Assembly: GCF_036804465.1 (NCBI RefSeq)
Contig: NZ_DAIRSK010000013.1
Coordinates: 24,441 to 56,440 of the forward strand
Length of the DNA stretch: 32,000 nt
DNA from: Limnohabitans sp.
GTDB taxonomy: Bacteria; Pseudomonadota; Gammaproteobacteria; Burkholderiales; Burkholderiaceae_C
Direction: 5' to 3'
A program made the position numbers and the translations under genes. Position 1 is the stretch's first letter, and each line of letters starts with the position of its first letter. The notes beneath the pieces were generated by a model that searched no databases, was not told the origin of the DNA, and saw nothing but the letters and a program-made list of their open reading frames with translations. Positions 17,048-25,966 of this stretch are shown piece by piece.

Positions 17048-17950
17048 ATGAATCAACAAGATGAAGAGCTGCGCTTCAAAGGCATGCGGCGGTTTCGCTA
17101 CAAAAACCGCGATGACTTGCTTAAAGATGCGAAACGTGGACCGCACTTTTGGTGGTGGTCTTATTTGCGTATCAGCAAGGATTACTGGTGGGCGTGCCAA
17201 CGCAAAGGCTTGGTGGATGACCCCCGTTTACGCTCTATGCATAGAGACTTTGGCGATGTGTATTCCATGACGTTTGACCAGTGGTGGAACAAGCGTGGCA
17301 TTGGGCTGTTTTATGAGCAAATGGCAATGGCTGAAGTACGAGCGCTAGATAAACACAAGCTGGAGTTAACTCGTGGCAGCAAAGAGCATCTGCTACTGGA
17401 AATTCCGCTGCATCTCACTGAAAAAACTATCATTAGCCAAGTTCGCAAACACCTGCGTCAGCATCCAGAGCGACTGGTAGAGCGCATCAGTCATGCTGAG
17501 CGCAAGTTAGCAAAATTGATTGGTATCAGGCAGGATGTGATTGAAGTGGCCTATCAAGTTTGGCAGCTGCACTTTGAGCATCACGACTCCAGTAAGACTT
17601 ATGCGATTGGCGAAACTCAAGGAAGCAAAAGTCTGTATCAAATAGGCAAGGAGTTGCGCCTTGTCAAATCCTGCATGCCCGCAGCCACTGACGATGCGAA
17701 GAAAGCGGCAATGCGTGTGAACGGAATGAAAGTGGCTGTGTCGCGAATGTTGGCGAGAGCAAATAATCTTGCGGTGAATGCAGCAGTGGGTGTGTTTCCT
17801 TCAGTTCAAGCGCCAGCAGAACCAATTTCATGGAAACGTATTCCTCAACAACGCATGGATGAAGCCATTGCTAAAGGCCTATGGCGACCGTTATTTAATG
17901 AGAACGAAGTGCTGAACGTCCAGCAACTGGACGATGACCTGCTGATTTAA
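17048..17950 (+). CDS. Hypothetical protein (300 aa) with Trp-rich N-terminal box
   Basis: Clean ORF. HFWWWSYLRISKDYWWACQRKG near the N-terminus. Divergent from the AAA+ operon. Possibly a regulator, not verifiable here. Confidence 0.6.
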   Translation: MNQQDEELRFKGMRRFRYKNRDDLLKDAKRGPHFWWWSYLRISKDYWWACQRKGLVDDPRLRSMHRDFGDVYSMTFDQWWNKRGIGLFYEQMAMAEVRALDKHKLELTRGSKEHLLLEIPLHLTEKTIISQVRKHLRQHPERLVERISHAERKLAKLIGIRQDVIEVAYQVWQLHFEHHDSSKTYAIGETQGSKSLYQIGKELRLVKSCMPAATDDAKKAAMRVNGMKVAVSRMLARANNLAVNAAVGVFPSVQAPAEPISWKRIPQQRMDEAIAKGLWRPLFNENEVLNVQQLDDDLLI

Positions 17951-17959
17951 AACGCCCAC

Positions 17960-17993
17960 AAAAAACCCCGCTGCGTTTCCACAGCGGGGTTTT
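17960..17993. terminator. Bidirectional terminator shared by the 17048 ORF and porin 3
   Basis: AAAAAA-CCCCGCTG-CGTTTCCA-CAGCGGGG-TTTT, a perfect 8-bp stem with A/T runs on both sides. Confidence 0.75.
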
Positions 17994-18032
17994 AGACTTT
18001 TAAATCCTTAACTGGCTAAGCCAGCGGGGGGA

Positions 18033-19175
18033 TTAGAAAGAACGGCTGACACCGATAGCAGTACGCTTGATGCTGTCGCCATTAACAGCAGTTGCTGCGC
18101 CGTCGTTCAACTTCAGGTTGTCGTAACGCACATAAGCGCGAGTTGTCTTGCTCAAGTTGTAGTTCACGCCCAAGCCAGTCATCTTACGGTCGTAAGCTGT
18201 GGTGTTCTTGTCATCAACTTTGGCAGTCTGAGCCATGATGTCGAATGCACCCATGGTGTATGTAACGCCAAACTGTGTGCTGGAAGAGTTAGCGATTGCA
18301 GTGTCAGAGGCTTTGGACTTGCCAGAACCAGCATGCAACTTCAAAGTTGGCAACACTGCGTAAGAAGCACCAAGCATGGTGTGGGTGTTGTTAGAGCCAA
18401 CAACCAAAGAACCTTGAGCAGGAGCAGTGGCGAAGGTACCAACTTCGTACTTGATAGAAGCGTACATCACGTCCACTGGACCTGCTTGGTAGCGGATAGA
18501 CATTTCAGTTACACCAGCTGTGTCGCCAGTACCAGTAGAGTTCTTAGGTGCAAAGCCGTAAGCAACCGTTACATCCATGACTTTTGGCGAGATGTACTTG
18601 ATGGTGTTGGCTTGGCGGATACCACGTGAACCAGCTTTGGTTGCACCCAAACCATCTTCGAACACCAAGCCACCGTTGCCAGATTTACCTGTGCCGTAGC
18701 CGTTATGCACAGACCATGAAGAGCTGTAAGCAGAACCAATGCCAGTTGAGAAAGCAGGAGATGCAACACCAGTTGTAGCAGTCAAGATTTCATTGTTAAT
18801 CGAGCCCATGCGCAATGTACCGATTTTTGCATTGATCACTTCAATGAAGCTTTGGCTGTTAGCAAAAGTACCGGCTTGTGCTGCAGTAACTGCAGAGCCG
18901 TCTTGGGTCATACCACCTAGGTCAGACCAGTCGGTGTTCACAGAGAAACCAACTTTCAAGCCGCCACCGAGGTCTTCAACGCCTTTGATACCAACTGTTG
19001 TAGTGCCAGCTGAAGAAGCCAGACCTTTGGTCTTGCCAATTGCTGGGTCAGAGTTTTTTACCGTTGTGTAGCCACGGTCAAAATAGCCATCCAGAGTCAC
19101 AGAAGATTGTGCGAAAGCTGACACGGCAGTCAATGCTGCGATAGCAACGAGGGTTTTCTGACTTTAAAGCCGCAT
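18033..19175 (-). pseudogene. General porin (porin 3, divergent allele); in-frame TAA at codon 4 after the only upstream ATG
   Basis: The barrel ORF 18033-19133 runs from ...LTAVSAFA/QSS to ...GVSRSF. It appears roughly 60-65% identical to porin 2 by eye, with differences clustered in blocks. The minus strand reads ATG CGG CTT TAA AGT CAG AAA ACC CTC GTT..., that is MRL*SQKTLVAIAAL. No alternative start would give a signal peptide. Confidence 0.6.
19129..19156. repeat. Right copy of the 28-bp direct repeat (candidate att core)
   Basis: Identical to 11284-11311. Similarity to the left locus ends at 19156/19157. Confidence 0.8.
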
Positions 19176-19361
19176 GAATCCGCTAAGTGGTTGATATAAA
19201 TGAATATTATTTTGTCAAGGACGTCATGGAATAACCCTATACACTTATGCACTATGCACACAAGGTGTCTGGAATTTCGGTGTGTTCCAAAAGGTGTTCT
19301 GAACTAATTAAATAGTATTGGTCCTCATAACTTCATCCAACTTAGTCATGGGGCATGGATA

Positions 19362-20672
19362 TTGGCAATTCGCAGACTTCCTTTCACTGATCAATCATCA
19401 AACGACCCTTCCTTTCATCTCCCCCGTGTCCGTAATGCGCCTATCAAGGCAAGCATGACATCGGTAGAGGGCCTGCCCGATAAGCTCAAAATTTATCGAA
19501 TTTCTGGCAGCAAATATTGGCAGATGCGTTTGTACAACTTAGGCCGCTACACCATTCAGAGTTTGAAGACGACTGATTTGGAAGAGGCCAAGGGTTTGGC
19601 TGTCGAAATTTTCAATGACTTGGTCGCGTCGGGTGCTTATGTGTCTCAAGCGCAAGTCAAGTTGATGTCAGAGGCTTGCAACCATCGGCTGCTGCATGAC
19701 GCCATACAGGAGGTGCTGACGGCTGAGCTGGACAAGGTCAGCCGTGACGAAATCAAGCAGGCCTCTTATGTGATGACCAAGATCCGCTTGGAAGGTTTGA
19801 TTTTTGATTTCTTTAAAACGCACGCCTTAAACAAAATCAATGCCGATGTGTTCGCTGAATTCATTCGTTTTTTGACACACAAAAAATTGTCTGCTTCAAC
19901 CATCCAAGGCTATGTCGCGCAAACGCGCAAGTTGCTCACGCTGCTTTGCCGCAAAAAAATCATCCCTGTCGTGCCGACGTTTCCGCCCTTGAAGTCGCAG
20001 CCGCATCCCCGAGGTGCCTTCACCCTCACAGAATACAAAGCCATTTTGCGCAAATCCAAGCAGTTGCGCGCAGTCACATTCACCGACTGGGGCCCGCGCA
20101 ACAAAGCCTGGATCAGGCGTGAATACCACCAAATGCCTCAAGAGATGAACTGGCTCATTCGCTTCATGGTCTATACCTTTGTGCGGCCTGGCGATATTCG
20201 GCAGATTAAGAACAAGCACATTGAAGTGATTCGAGGTGCCTACCATTACCTCAGGTTGAATTTGCCTGAAGTCAAACGCCATAGCGCAGCCACCGTCAGT
20301 CTGTCACCCGCGGTGTTTGTGTATGAAAAATTGCTGGCTTACCAAACAGCGCGTGGCTATGGGGCGCCCGATGACTATGTGTTTTTCCCCGAAGAGCGCA
20401 ACCGCCGTTTGGTGTTGGACATCACGGGTTGGGCCTTCAATTGGATTTTGAAGGACCTGGGCATCAAAGTGGGGCCGCATGGCGCAGACCGCAGCTTGTA
20501 TAGCTTGCGGCACACCAGCATCACCTTCAGGTTGATTTATGGCGGCAGCATTGATTTGCTGACGTTGGCTAGAAACGCCAGAACCTCGGTGGAGATGATT
20601 GATAAGTTTTATGCCAGCACCTTGTCGGCTGAGATGAACATTGCCTTGCTGCTGGGCAAAAGGGCTAAGTGA
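19362..20672 (+). CDS. Tyrosine-type site-specific integrase (int2), paralog of int1
   Basis: PDKLKIYRISGSKYWQMR, RPGDIRQ, LYSLRHTSITFRL, LARNARTSVEMIDKFYAS. A TTG start at 19362 keeps the N-terminal region that aligns with int1. An ATG at 19455 is the alternative. Confidence 0.85.
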   Translation: MAIRRLPFTDQSSNDPSFHLPRVRNAPIKASMTSVEGLPDKLKIYRISGSKYWQMRLYNLGRYTIQSLKTTDLEEAKGLAVEIFNDLVASGAYVSQAQVKLMSEACNHRLLHDAIQEVLTAELDKVSRDEIKQASYVMTKIRLEGLIFDFFKTHALNKINADVFAEFIRFLTHKKLSASTIQGYVAQTRKLLTLLCRKKIIPVVPTFPPLKSQPHPRGAFTLTEYKAILRKSKQLRAVTFTDWGPRNKAWIRREYHQMPQEMNWLIRFMVYTFVRPGDIRQIKNKHIEVIRGAYHYLRLNLPEVKRHSAATVSLSPAVFVYEKLLAYQTARGYGAPDDYVFFPEERNRRLVLDITGWAFNWILKDLGIKVGPHGADRSLYSLRHTSITFRLIYGGSIDLLTLARNARTSVEMIDKFYASTLSAEMNIALLLGKRAK

Positions 20673-20739
20673 TTTCCCGATAGAAACATTCTCTAGAATG
20701 CAAATTTTGTTTTCCATCACAACTTCATTGGAGCAACTC

Positions 20740-21639
20740 ATGAAAAAGCAGTTCATCACCTTGGCTGTTGCCACCCTGTTGGCGGGCACCGCCTTTGCGC
20801 AAGCCAACGACACCATCGCCAAAGTCAGAGCTTCTGGCAGCGTCACCATGGGTGTGCGCGATTCTTCAGGCGCTTTGTCCTACACCTTGGGGGACGGCAA
20901 GTATGTGGGCTACCACGTTGAGATTTGCCAACGCATCATTGACAACTTGGAAAAAGCGGCTGGCAAAAAGCTGGAAGTCAAATACACCTCGGTCACTTCA
21001 CAAAACCGCATTCCTTTGACAGAAAACGGCACCGTGGACATTGAGTGCGGCTCCACCACCAACAACGAAGCACGCCAAAAGCAAGTCGCTTTTGCGTTCA
21101 CCACCTATGTGGAAGAAGTGCGTATTGCGGTGCGTGCCAACTCGGGCATCACCAACATCGCGCAGCTCAACGGCAAGAACGTGGCTACCACCACGGGCAC
21201 CACGTCGGTGCAACTGTTGCGCAAGAACGAACGCGCCACGGGCGTTGACTTCAAGGAAGTGTTTGGCAAAGACCACGCAGACAGCTTTTTGTTGCTTGAG
21301 TCTGGCCGCGCTGATGCGTTTGTGATGGACGGCCAAATCTTGGCGGGCAACATTGCCAACTCCAAGGCGCCAGGCGATTTCAAAATTGTGGGCGAGGTGT
21401 TGAACGTCGAGCCCATCGCCATCATGTTCCGCAAGGACGACCCTGCTTTCAAGAAGCTGGCTGACGACACCATTGCGGCTTTGGCCAAGTCAGGTGAACT
21501 CGCCAAGTTGTACGACAAGTGGTTTGTGCAAGCCATTCCTCCTAAAAACATCAAGTTGGGCCTGGTGGCCAGCGATGCCACCAAGGGCGCTTGGGCAAAC
21601 TTGAACGACAGGCCGGTTGAAGCCTACGCCAAGAAGTAA
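20740..21639 (+). CDS. gltI: Glutamate/aspartate ABC transporter periplasmic binding protein
   Basis: MKKQF... signal peptide ending AFA/QA. The block TSQNRIPL..NGT.D.ECGSTTNN..RQKQ.AF and ...KWF...IPPKN match E. coli GltI as I recall it. GGAG lies upstream of the ATG at 20740. Confidence 0.85.
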   Translation: MKKQFITLAVATLLAGTAFAQANDTIAKVRASGSVTMGVRDSSGALSYTLGDGKYVGYHVEICQRIIDNLEKAAGKKLEVKYTSVTSQNRIPLTENGTVDIECGSTTNNEARQKQVAFAFTTYVEEVRIAVRANSGITNIAQLNGKNVATTTGTTSVQLLRKNERATGVDFKEVFGKDHADSFLLLESGRADAFVMDGQILAGNIANSKAPGDFKIVGEVLNVEPIAIMFRKDDPAFKKLADDTIAALAKSGELAKLYDKWFVQAIPPKNIKLGLVASDATKGAWANLNDRPVEAYAKK

Positions 21640-21657
21640 TTTCAAAAGCGCACGGAC

Positions 21658-22392
21658 ATGGCACTCGAGTGGCAGGTTTTTCTTGAAGACGATGGCGGTG
21701 GAAGAACCTACCTCGAGTGGATGTTTGAAGCCTGGGGCTGGACGCTCTCTGTAGCGGGCAGTGCCTGGGTGGTGGCTGTTGTGTCGGGCTGCCTGATGGG
21801 GGTTTTGCGCACCTTGCCGCCAGACACGCGTTTGAATGTTGGCTTGGCCCGATTGGCCACAGCGTGGGTGGAGTTGTTTCGCAACATCCCGTTGCTGGTT
21901 CAAATTTTTCTTTGGTACTTTGTGTTGCCCAAGGTCTTTCCGGCCATGCAACAAGTGCCGGGGTTTGTGTTGGTGGTGTTGGGCTTGGGCTTTTTCACTT
22001 CCTCACGGATTGCCGAAATGCTGCGTGCGGGTATTCAAGCCATGCCCCGGGGCCAGCGTTATGCGGCCATGGCCATGGGCTTTACCACTTGGCAGACGTA
22101 TCGCTACGTGCTGCTGCCCATTGCGTTTCGCACCATTTGGCCGCCGCTGACCAGCGAGTCGATGAACTTGCTCAAAAACTCGTCGGTGGCGTTTGCCGTG
22201 TCGATTGCCGAACTCACCATGTACGCCATGCAAGTGCAAGAGGAAACCTCGCGCGGCATTGAGGTCTATTTGGTGGTGACGGCGCTCTACACCCTGTCCG
22301 CCTTTGCGGTCAACCGTGTGATGGCATTTGCCGAGCGCCGCTTGCAAATCCCCGGCATGGTGGTGGCTGGCAACGTGGGTGGGGGGCACTGA
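21658..22392 (+). CDS. gltJ: Amino-acid ABC transporter permease
   Basis: 244-aa polytopic protein with an EAA-like loop (SSRIAEMLRAGIQAMPRGQ). Confidence 0.8.
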   Translation: MALEWQVFLEDDGGGRTYLEWMFEAWGWTLSVAGSAWVVAVVSGCLMGVLRTLPPDTRLNVGLARLATAWVELFRNIPLLVQIFLWYFVLPKVFPAMQQVPGFVLVVLGLGFFTSSRIAEMLRAGIQAMPRGQRYAAMAMGFTTWQTYRYVLLPIAFRTIWPPLTSESMNLLKNSSVAFAVSIAELTMYAMQVQEETSRGIEVYLVVTALYTLSAFAVNRVMAFAERRLQIPGMVVAGNVGGGH

Positions 22393-22394
22393 GC

Positions 22395-23063
22395 ATGAGC
22401 GCACTCGACTTTTCGTTTGTCGACTGGGACATCTTCAGCAAATTTGTGTTGAAGGGCATGCTGTTCAGCATTGAGCTGACCCTCGTGGCCACCATCGGTG
22501 GCTTGGTGTTTGGCACCATCTTGGCGCTGATGCGCTTGTCGGGGCACAAATTGTTAGAACTGCCCGCGGTGATTTATGTCAACGGCATGCGCTCCATTCC
22601 TTTGGTGATGGTGATTTTGTGGTTCTTCTTGTTGATTCCGTTTTTGATTGGCCGCTCCATCGGTGCTGAGCTCTCCGCCACCATCACTTTTGTGGCTTTT
22701 GAAGCGGCGTATTTCAGTGAAATCATGCGGGCGGGCATTCAGTCCGTTTCGCGGGGCCAGGTGATGGCGGGGCAAGCCTTGGGGCTGACGTATGCACAGA
22801 ACATGCGCCTCATTGTGTTGCCCCAAGCTTTTCGCAACATGTTGCCCGTGTTGCTCACGCAAACCATTATTTTGTTTCAAGACACCTCGCTTGTCTATGC
22901 CATTGGCGCCTATGACTTGCTCAAGGGCTTTGTGACGGCAGGCAAAATTTACGGCCGCGTAGAAGAGGTGTACATCTTGGCTGCTTTGGTTTATTTTGTG
23001 ATTTGTTTTGGCCTCTCGGCCTTGGTGCGTCGCTTGCAAGCGCGCATTGCCATCATTCGCTAA
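22395..23063 (+). CDS. gltK: Amino-acid ABC transporter permease
   Basis: 222 aa, EAA-like loop ([19 protein letters not shown]). Starts 2 nt after gltJ. Confidence 0.8.
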   Translation: MSALDFSFVDWDIFSKFVLKGMLFSIELTLVATIGGLVFGTILALMRLSGHKLLELPAVIYVNGMRSIPLVMVILWFFLLIPFLIGRSIGAELSATITFVAFEAAYFSEIMRAGIQSVSRGQVMAGQALGLTYAQNMRLIVLPQAFRNMLPVLLTQTIILFQDTSLVYAIGAYDLLKGFVTAGKIYGRVEEVYILAALVYFVICFGLSALVRRLQARIAIIR

Positions 23064-23088
23064 GCATGTACTTGCGCTGGAGTTCACT

Positions 23089-23826
23089 GTGATTGAATTA
23101 AAAAATGTGTCCAAGTGGTACGGCTCTGTGCAGGTGCTCAACAACTGCTCCACCGTCATCCAAAAAGGCGAGGTGGTGGTGGTCTGCGGCCCCTCGGGTT
23201 CGGGCAAGTCCACCCTCATCAAAACCATCAATGCCTTGGAGCCTTTTCAAGAGGGTGAAATTTTTGTGGAAGGCATGCCCGTGCACAGCAAAGACACCGA
23301 CCTGCCCAAGTTGCGCAGCCGTGTGGGCATGGTGTTTCAAAGCTTCGAGCTGTTCCCGCATTTGTCTGTCACCCAAAACTTAACGATGGCCCAGCAAAAA
23401 GTGTTGGGCCGTAGCGAAGAACAAGCCCACGCGTATGGCTTGAAGTACTTGGAGCGTGTGGGTCTGATGGCACACAAAGACAAGTTCCCAGGCCAGCTCT
23501 CTGGCGGGCAGCAACAACGCGTGGCCATTGCCCGTGCACTGAGCATGGACCCCATCGTGATGTTGTTTGACGAACCCACCTCAGCGCTTGACCCTGAGAT
23601 GGTGGGCGAGGTGTTGGATGTGATGGTGGACTTGGCCCATGAGGGCATGACGATGATGTGTGTGACCCACGAAATGGGATTTGCCCGCAAAGTGGGCAGC
23701 CGTGTGATCTTCATGGACATAGGCGGCAAGATTTTGGAAGACTGCTCTAAGGATGAGTTTTTCAACCACCCCGAAAACCGTCAGCCGCGCACCAAAGAGT
23801 TCTTGAACAAGATCTTGGCGCATTGA
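23089..23826 (+). CDS. gltL: Amino-acid ABC transporter ATP-binding protein
   Basis: The GTG at 23089 (GGAG 6 nt upstream) gives [12 protein letters not shown]. Walker [25 protein letters not shown], Walker [12 protein letters not shown]. Confidence 0.85.
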   Translation: MIELKNVSKWYGSVQVLNNCSTVIQKGEVVVVCGPSGSGKSTLIKTINALEPFQEGEIFVEGMPVHSKDTDLPKLRSRVGMVFQSFELFPHLSVTQNLTMAQQKVLGRSEEQAHAYGLKYLERVGLMAHKDKFPGQLSGGQQQRVAIARALSMDPIVMLFDEPTSALDPEMVGEVLDVMVDLAHEGMTMMCVTHEMGFARKVGSRVIFMDIGGKILEDCSKDEFFNHPENRQPRTKEFLNKILAH

Positions 23827-23848
23827 TTTCTGTTTTCGCGCCGGAGAG

Positions 23849-24039
23849 GGTTGCGCGGCTTGGGTATGGCGGCTTCCTCATGCTGGGGTACCAGAAATCG
23901 TCAGCCGCCACACCCAAGCCGCGCAACTGTGGGTAACCAACTGTCATCATCCAGCTTTTGTAAGCCGCAGTCTGTGGGTAGAGGGTATGGGCAGGTGACG
24001 ATTTCTGGTACCCCAGCATGAGGAACCTGCCCATACCCG
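23849..24039. repeat. Two inverted copies of a ~55-nt hairpin element (REP/BIME-like) in the gltL-pyrC spacer
   Basis: A 28-nt perfect inverted repeat CCTCATGCTGGGGTACCAGAAATCGTCA (23876-23903 vs 23996-24023), each copy enclosed by its own stem (23849-23873/23904-23928 and 23983-23995/24027-24039). Confidence 0.7.
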
Positions 24040-24082
24040 CTGCCCACAGCGAGCCCAGAAACAAAAAAGCGACAATCAAAGC

Positions 24083-25114
24083 ATGACGCAACAACTCACC
24101 ATCACCAAACCCGACGACTGGCATCTGCACGTGCGCGATGGCGCTGCACTCCACACCGTGGTGCCCCACACCGCCGCCGAGTTTGGTCGCGCCATCATCA
24201 TGCCCAACCTCAGGCCCCCCCTCACCACAGCGGCGCAAGCCTTGGCGTACAAAGAGCGCATTTTGGCGGCAGTACCTCAAGGTGTGCGCTTTGAGCCCTT
24301 GATGACGCTCTACCTCACCGACAACTTGCCAGCCGACGAAATCGCCCGCGCCAAAGACGCAGGTGTGGTTGCCTGCAAGCTCTACCCAGCTGGCGCCACG
24401 ACCAACAGCGATGCGGGTGTGACGGATCTGCGCAAAACCTACAAAACCCTGGAAGCCATGCAAAAGGCAGGCATGTTGTTGTTGGTACATGGTGAAGTGA
24501 CCAACAGCGACATTGACCTGTTTGACCGCGAAGCCGTGTTCATCGACACCCAGCTGATTCCGCTGCGCCGTGACTTTCCCGAGCTCAACATTGTGTTCGA
24601 GCACATCACCACCGCCGAAGCCGCGCAATACGTGGCTGAGAGTGCGCAGCACACCGCCGCCACCATCACTGCGCACCACTTGCTGTTCAACCGCAACGCC
24701 ATCTTCACTGGCGGTATTCGCCCGCATTACTACTGCTTGCCCGTGCTCAAGCGAGAGACGCATCGCCAAGCCTTGGTGAAGGCGGCCACCAGTGGCTCGC
24801 CCAAGTTCTTCTTGGGCACCGACAGCGCGCCTCACCCCGCGCAGCTCAAAGAACACGCCACAGGTTGTGCGGGTTGCTACACCGCGCATGCGGCTATGTC
24901 CATGTACGCTGAAGCGTTTGACAACGCAGGCGCACTCGACAAGCTCGAAGGCTTTGCGAGCTTTTACGGGGCAGACTTTTATGGCTTGCCTCGCAACACC
25001 GGCACGCTCACCTTGCGCAAAGAAAGCTGGACACCACCCGAGAGCTTTGCGTTTGGCCAAGCCGATTTGAAGCCTCTGCGCTCTGGCGAGACCTTGCCTT
25101 GGCGCGTGGTTTAA
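24083..25114 (+). CDS. pyrC: Dihydroorotase (class II, homodimeric type)
   Basis: 343 aa. N-terminal [14 protein letters not shown] and IMPNL motifs as in E. coli PyrC. Confidence 0.9.
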   Translation: MTQQLTITKPDDWHLHVRDGAALHTVVPHTAAEFGRAIIMPNLRPPLTTAAQALAYKERILAAVPQGVRFEPLMTLYLTDNLPADEIARAKDAGVVACKLYPAGATTNSDAGVTDLRKTYKTLEAMQKAGMLLLVHGEVTNSDIDLFDREAVFIDTQLIPLRRDFPELNIVFEHITTAEAAQYVAESAQHTAATITAHHLLFNRNAIFTGGIRPHYYCLPVLKRETHRQALVKAATSGSPKFFLGTDSAPHPAQLKEHATGCAGCYTAHAAMSMYAEAFDNAGALDKLEGFASFYGADFYGLPRNTGTLTLRKESWTPPESFAFGQADLKPLRSGETLPWRVV

Positions 25115-25860
25115 CTGTCTTAGCCGAGATTGATTGGGCGCAGCCATGGTTTGAGCCGTGGCGCGAACTGGGGGAGCCAACGGCCCACAGTGCGCTGCAA
25201 CTTCAAAGCGTTGCGGATGCGCTTGGCAACGCCAAGGACGTGAGGTTTGTCCCCCAATCCGCCTTGCCCGACAACCAAGCGTACGAAGACTTCGTTTTCA
25301 AAACCGCCCAAGTCCCAACACGCGACGGCTTGCACGACTTTTTCAACGGCTTGTGTTGGCAACGCTTTCCACAGGCCAAACGCCGCTTGAATCAACTCCA
25401 AGCCGCACAGATCGAGGCCCAAGGCATTTGCCACACACGTGGTCCCGTGCGCGACGCGCTCACGCTGTTTGACGAAAACGTGGTGCTCATGCACGCACCT
25501 CACGCGGTGTGGGCTGCACTGCAAGCACGCGATTGGCTCAGGTTGTTTGTGGATTTGCGCGAGCAATGGCAGCAGGTGCACCTGGTGTTGTTTGGTCATG
25601 CCTTGCTTGAAAAACTGGTCACCCCCTACAAGTCCATCACGGCGCATGTGTACCGCGTGGACAGCCATGTTGATCCACACGACGAAGCCGCGCTCGACGC
25701 TTGGCTGGTGCAAGACCTGCAGCCCGCCAAACTCGCTACCAAACCCTTCGAGCCGCTGCCCGTCTTAGGCGTGCCAGGCTGGTGGGCGGCCAATGTGGAG
25801 CGGGTGTTTTACGAGGACGCGCAGGTGTTTCGGCCCAAGCGAGTCGTTGAGCACAAGTAA
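25099..25860 (+). CDS. Conserved hypothetical protein (DUF3025-like)
   Basis: ORF with [22 protein letters not shown] and [14 protein letters not shown] blocks that I associate with DUF3025. The TTG start overlapping the pyrC end is uncertain. Confidence 0.6.
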   Translation: MARGLTVLAEIDWAQPWFEPWRELGEPTAHSALQLQSVADALGNAKDVRFVPQSALPDNQAYEDFVFKTAQVPTRDGLHDFFNGLCWQRFPQAKRRLNQLQAAQIEAQGICHTRGPVRDALTLFDENVVLMHAPHAVWAALQARDWLRLFVDLREQWQQVHLVLFGHALLEKLVTPYKSITAHVYRVDSHVDPHDEAALDAWLVQDLQPAKLATKPFEPLPVLGVPGWWAANVERVFYEDAQVFRPKRVVEHK

Positions 25861-25894
25861 TCCTTAAGGTTTGTGGCGGTTTGCCCATTGCCTA

Positions 25895-25922
25895 TTGAAA
25901 AGCGACAAAACGCCCCTAACAT
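25895..25922 (+). promoter_or_regulatory. Possible sigma-32 type heat-shock promoter of htpX
   Basis: TTGAAA (25895-25900), a 12-nt spacer, then CCCCTAACAT (25913-25922), close to the CTTGAAA / CCCCATNT consensus. htpX is heat-shock regulated in E. coli. Confidence 0.3.
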
Positions 25923-25966
25923 TCGTCTGCTGCGGCGTCCTGTGATCACCGCTGAAAAGGAAAACC

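Larger units (their letters stand above)
11284..19156 (+). mobile_element. Candidate integrative genomic island (~7.8 kb) bounded by direct repeats in porin 5' ends
   Basis: A direct repeat at both ends, an integrase next to the left repeat, orphan cargo genes, and clearly lower GC by eye than the flanks. Sampled 60-nt lines gave about 30% GC at 14701 and about 70% at 5701. Confidence 0.6.

Noticed and set aside
20690-20710. TCTAGAATGCAAATT resembling the porin 2 start region (TTCTAATGCAAAATCG), considered as a relic of the original porin start/promoter
   Set aside because: It is on the opposite strand to what a displaced porin 5' end would require. The shared core is only about 8 nt, so this is most likely coincidence. 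TAGAAT here may simply be the gltI -10 box.
23762-25180. 472-aa ORF on the minus strand
   Set aside because: It is antisense to pyrC, which has unmistakable dihydroorotase motifs, and it runs through the intergenic hairpin repeats. The composition is Arg/Gly/Ala-rich and motifless.
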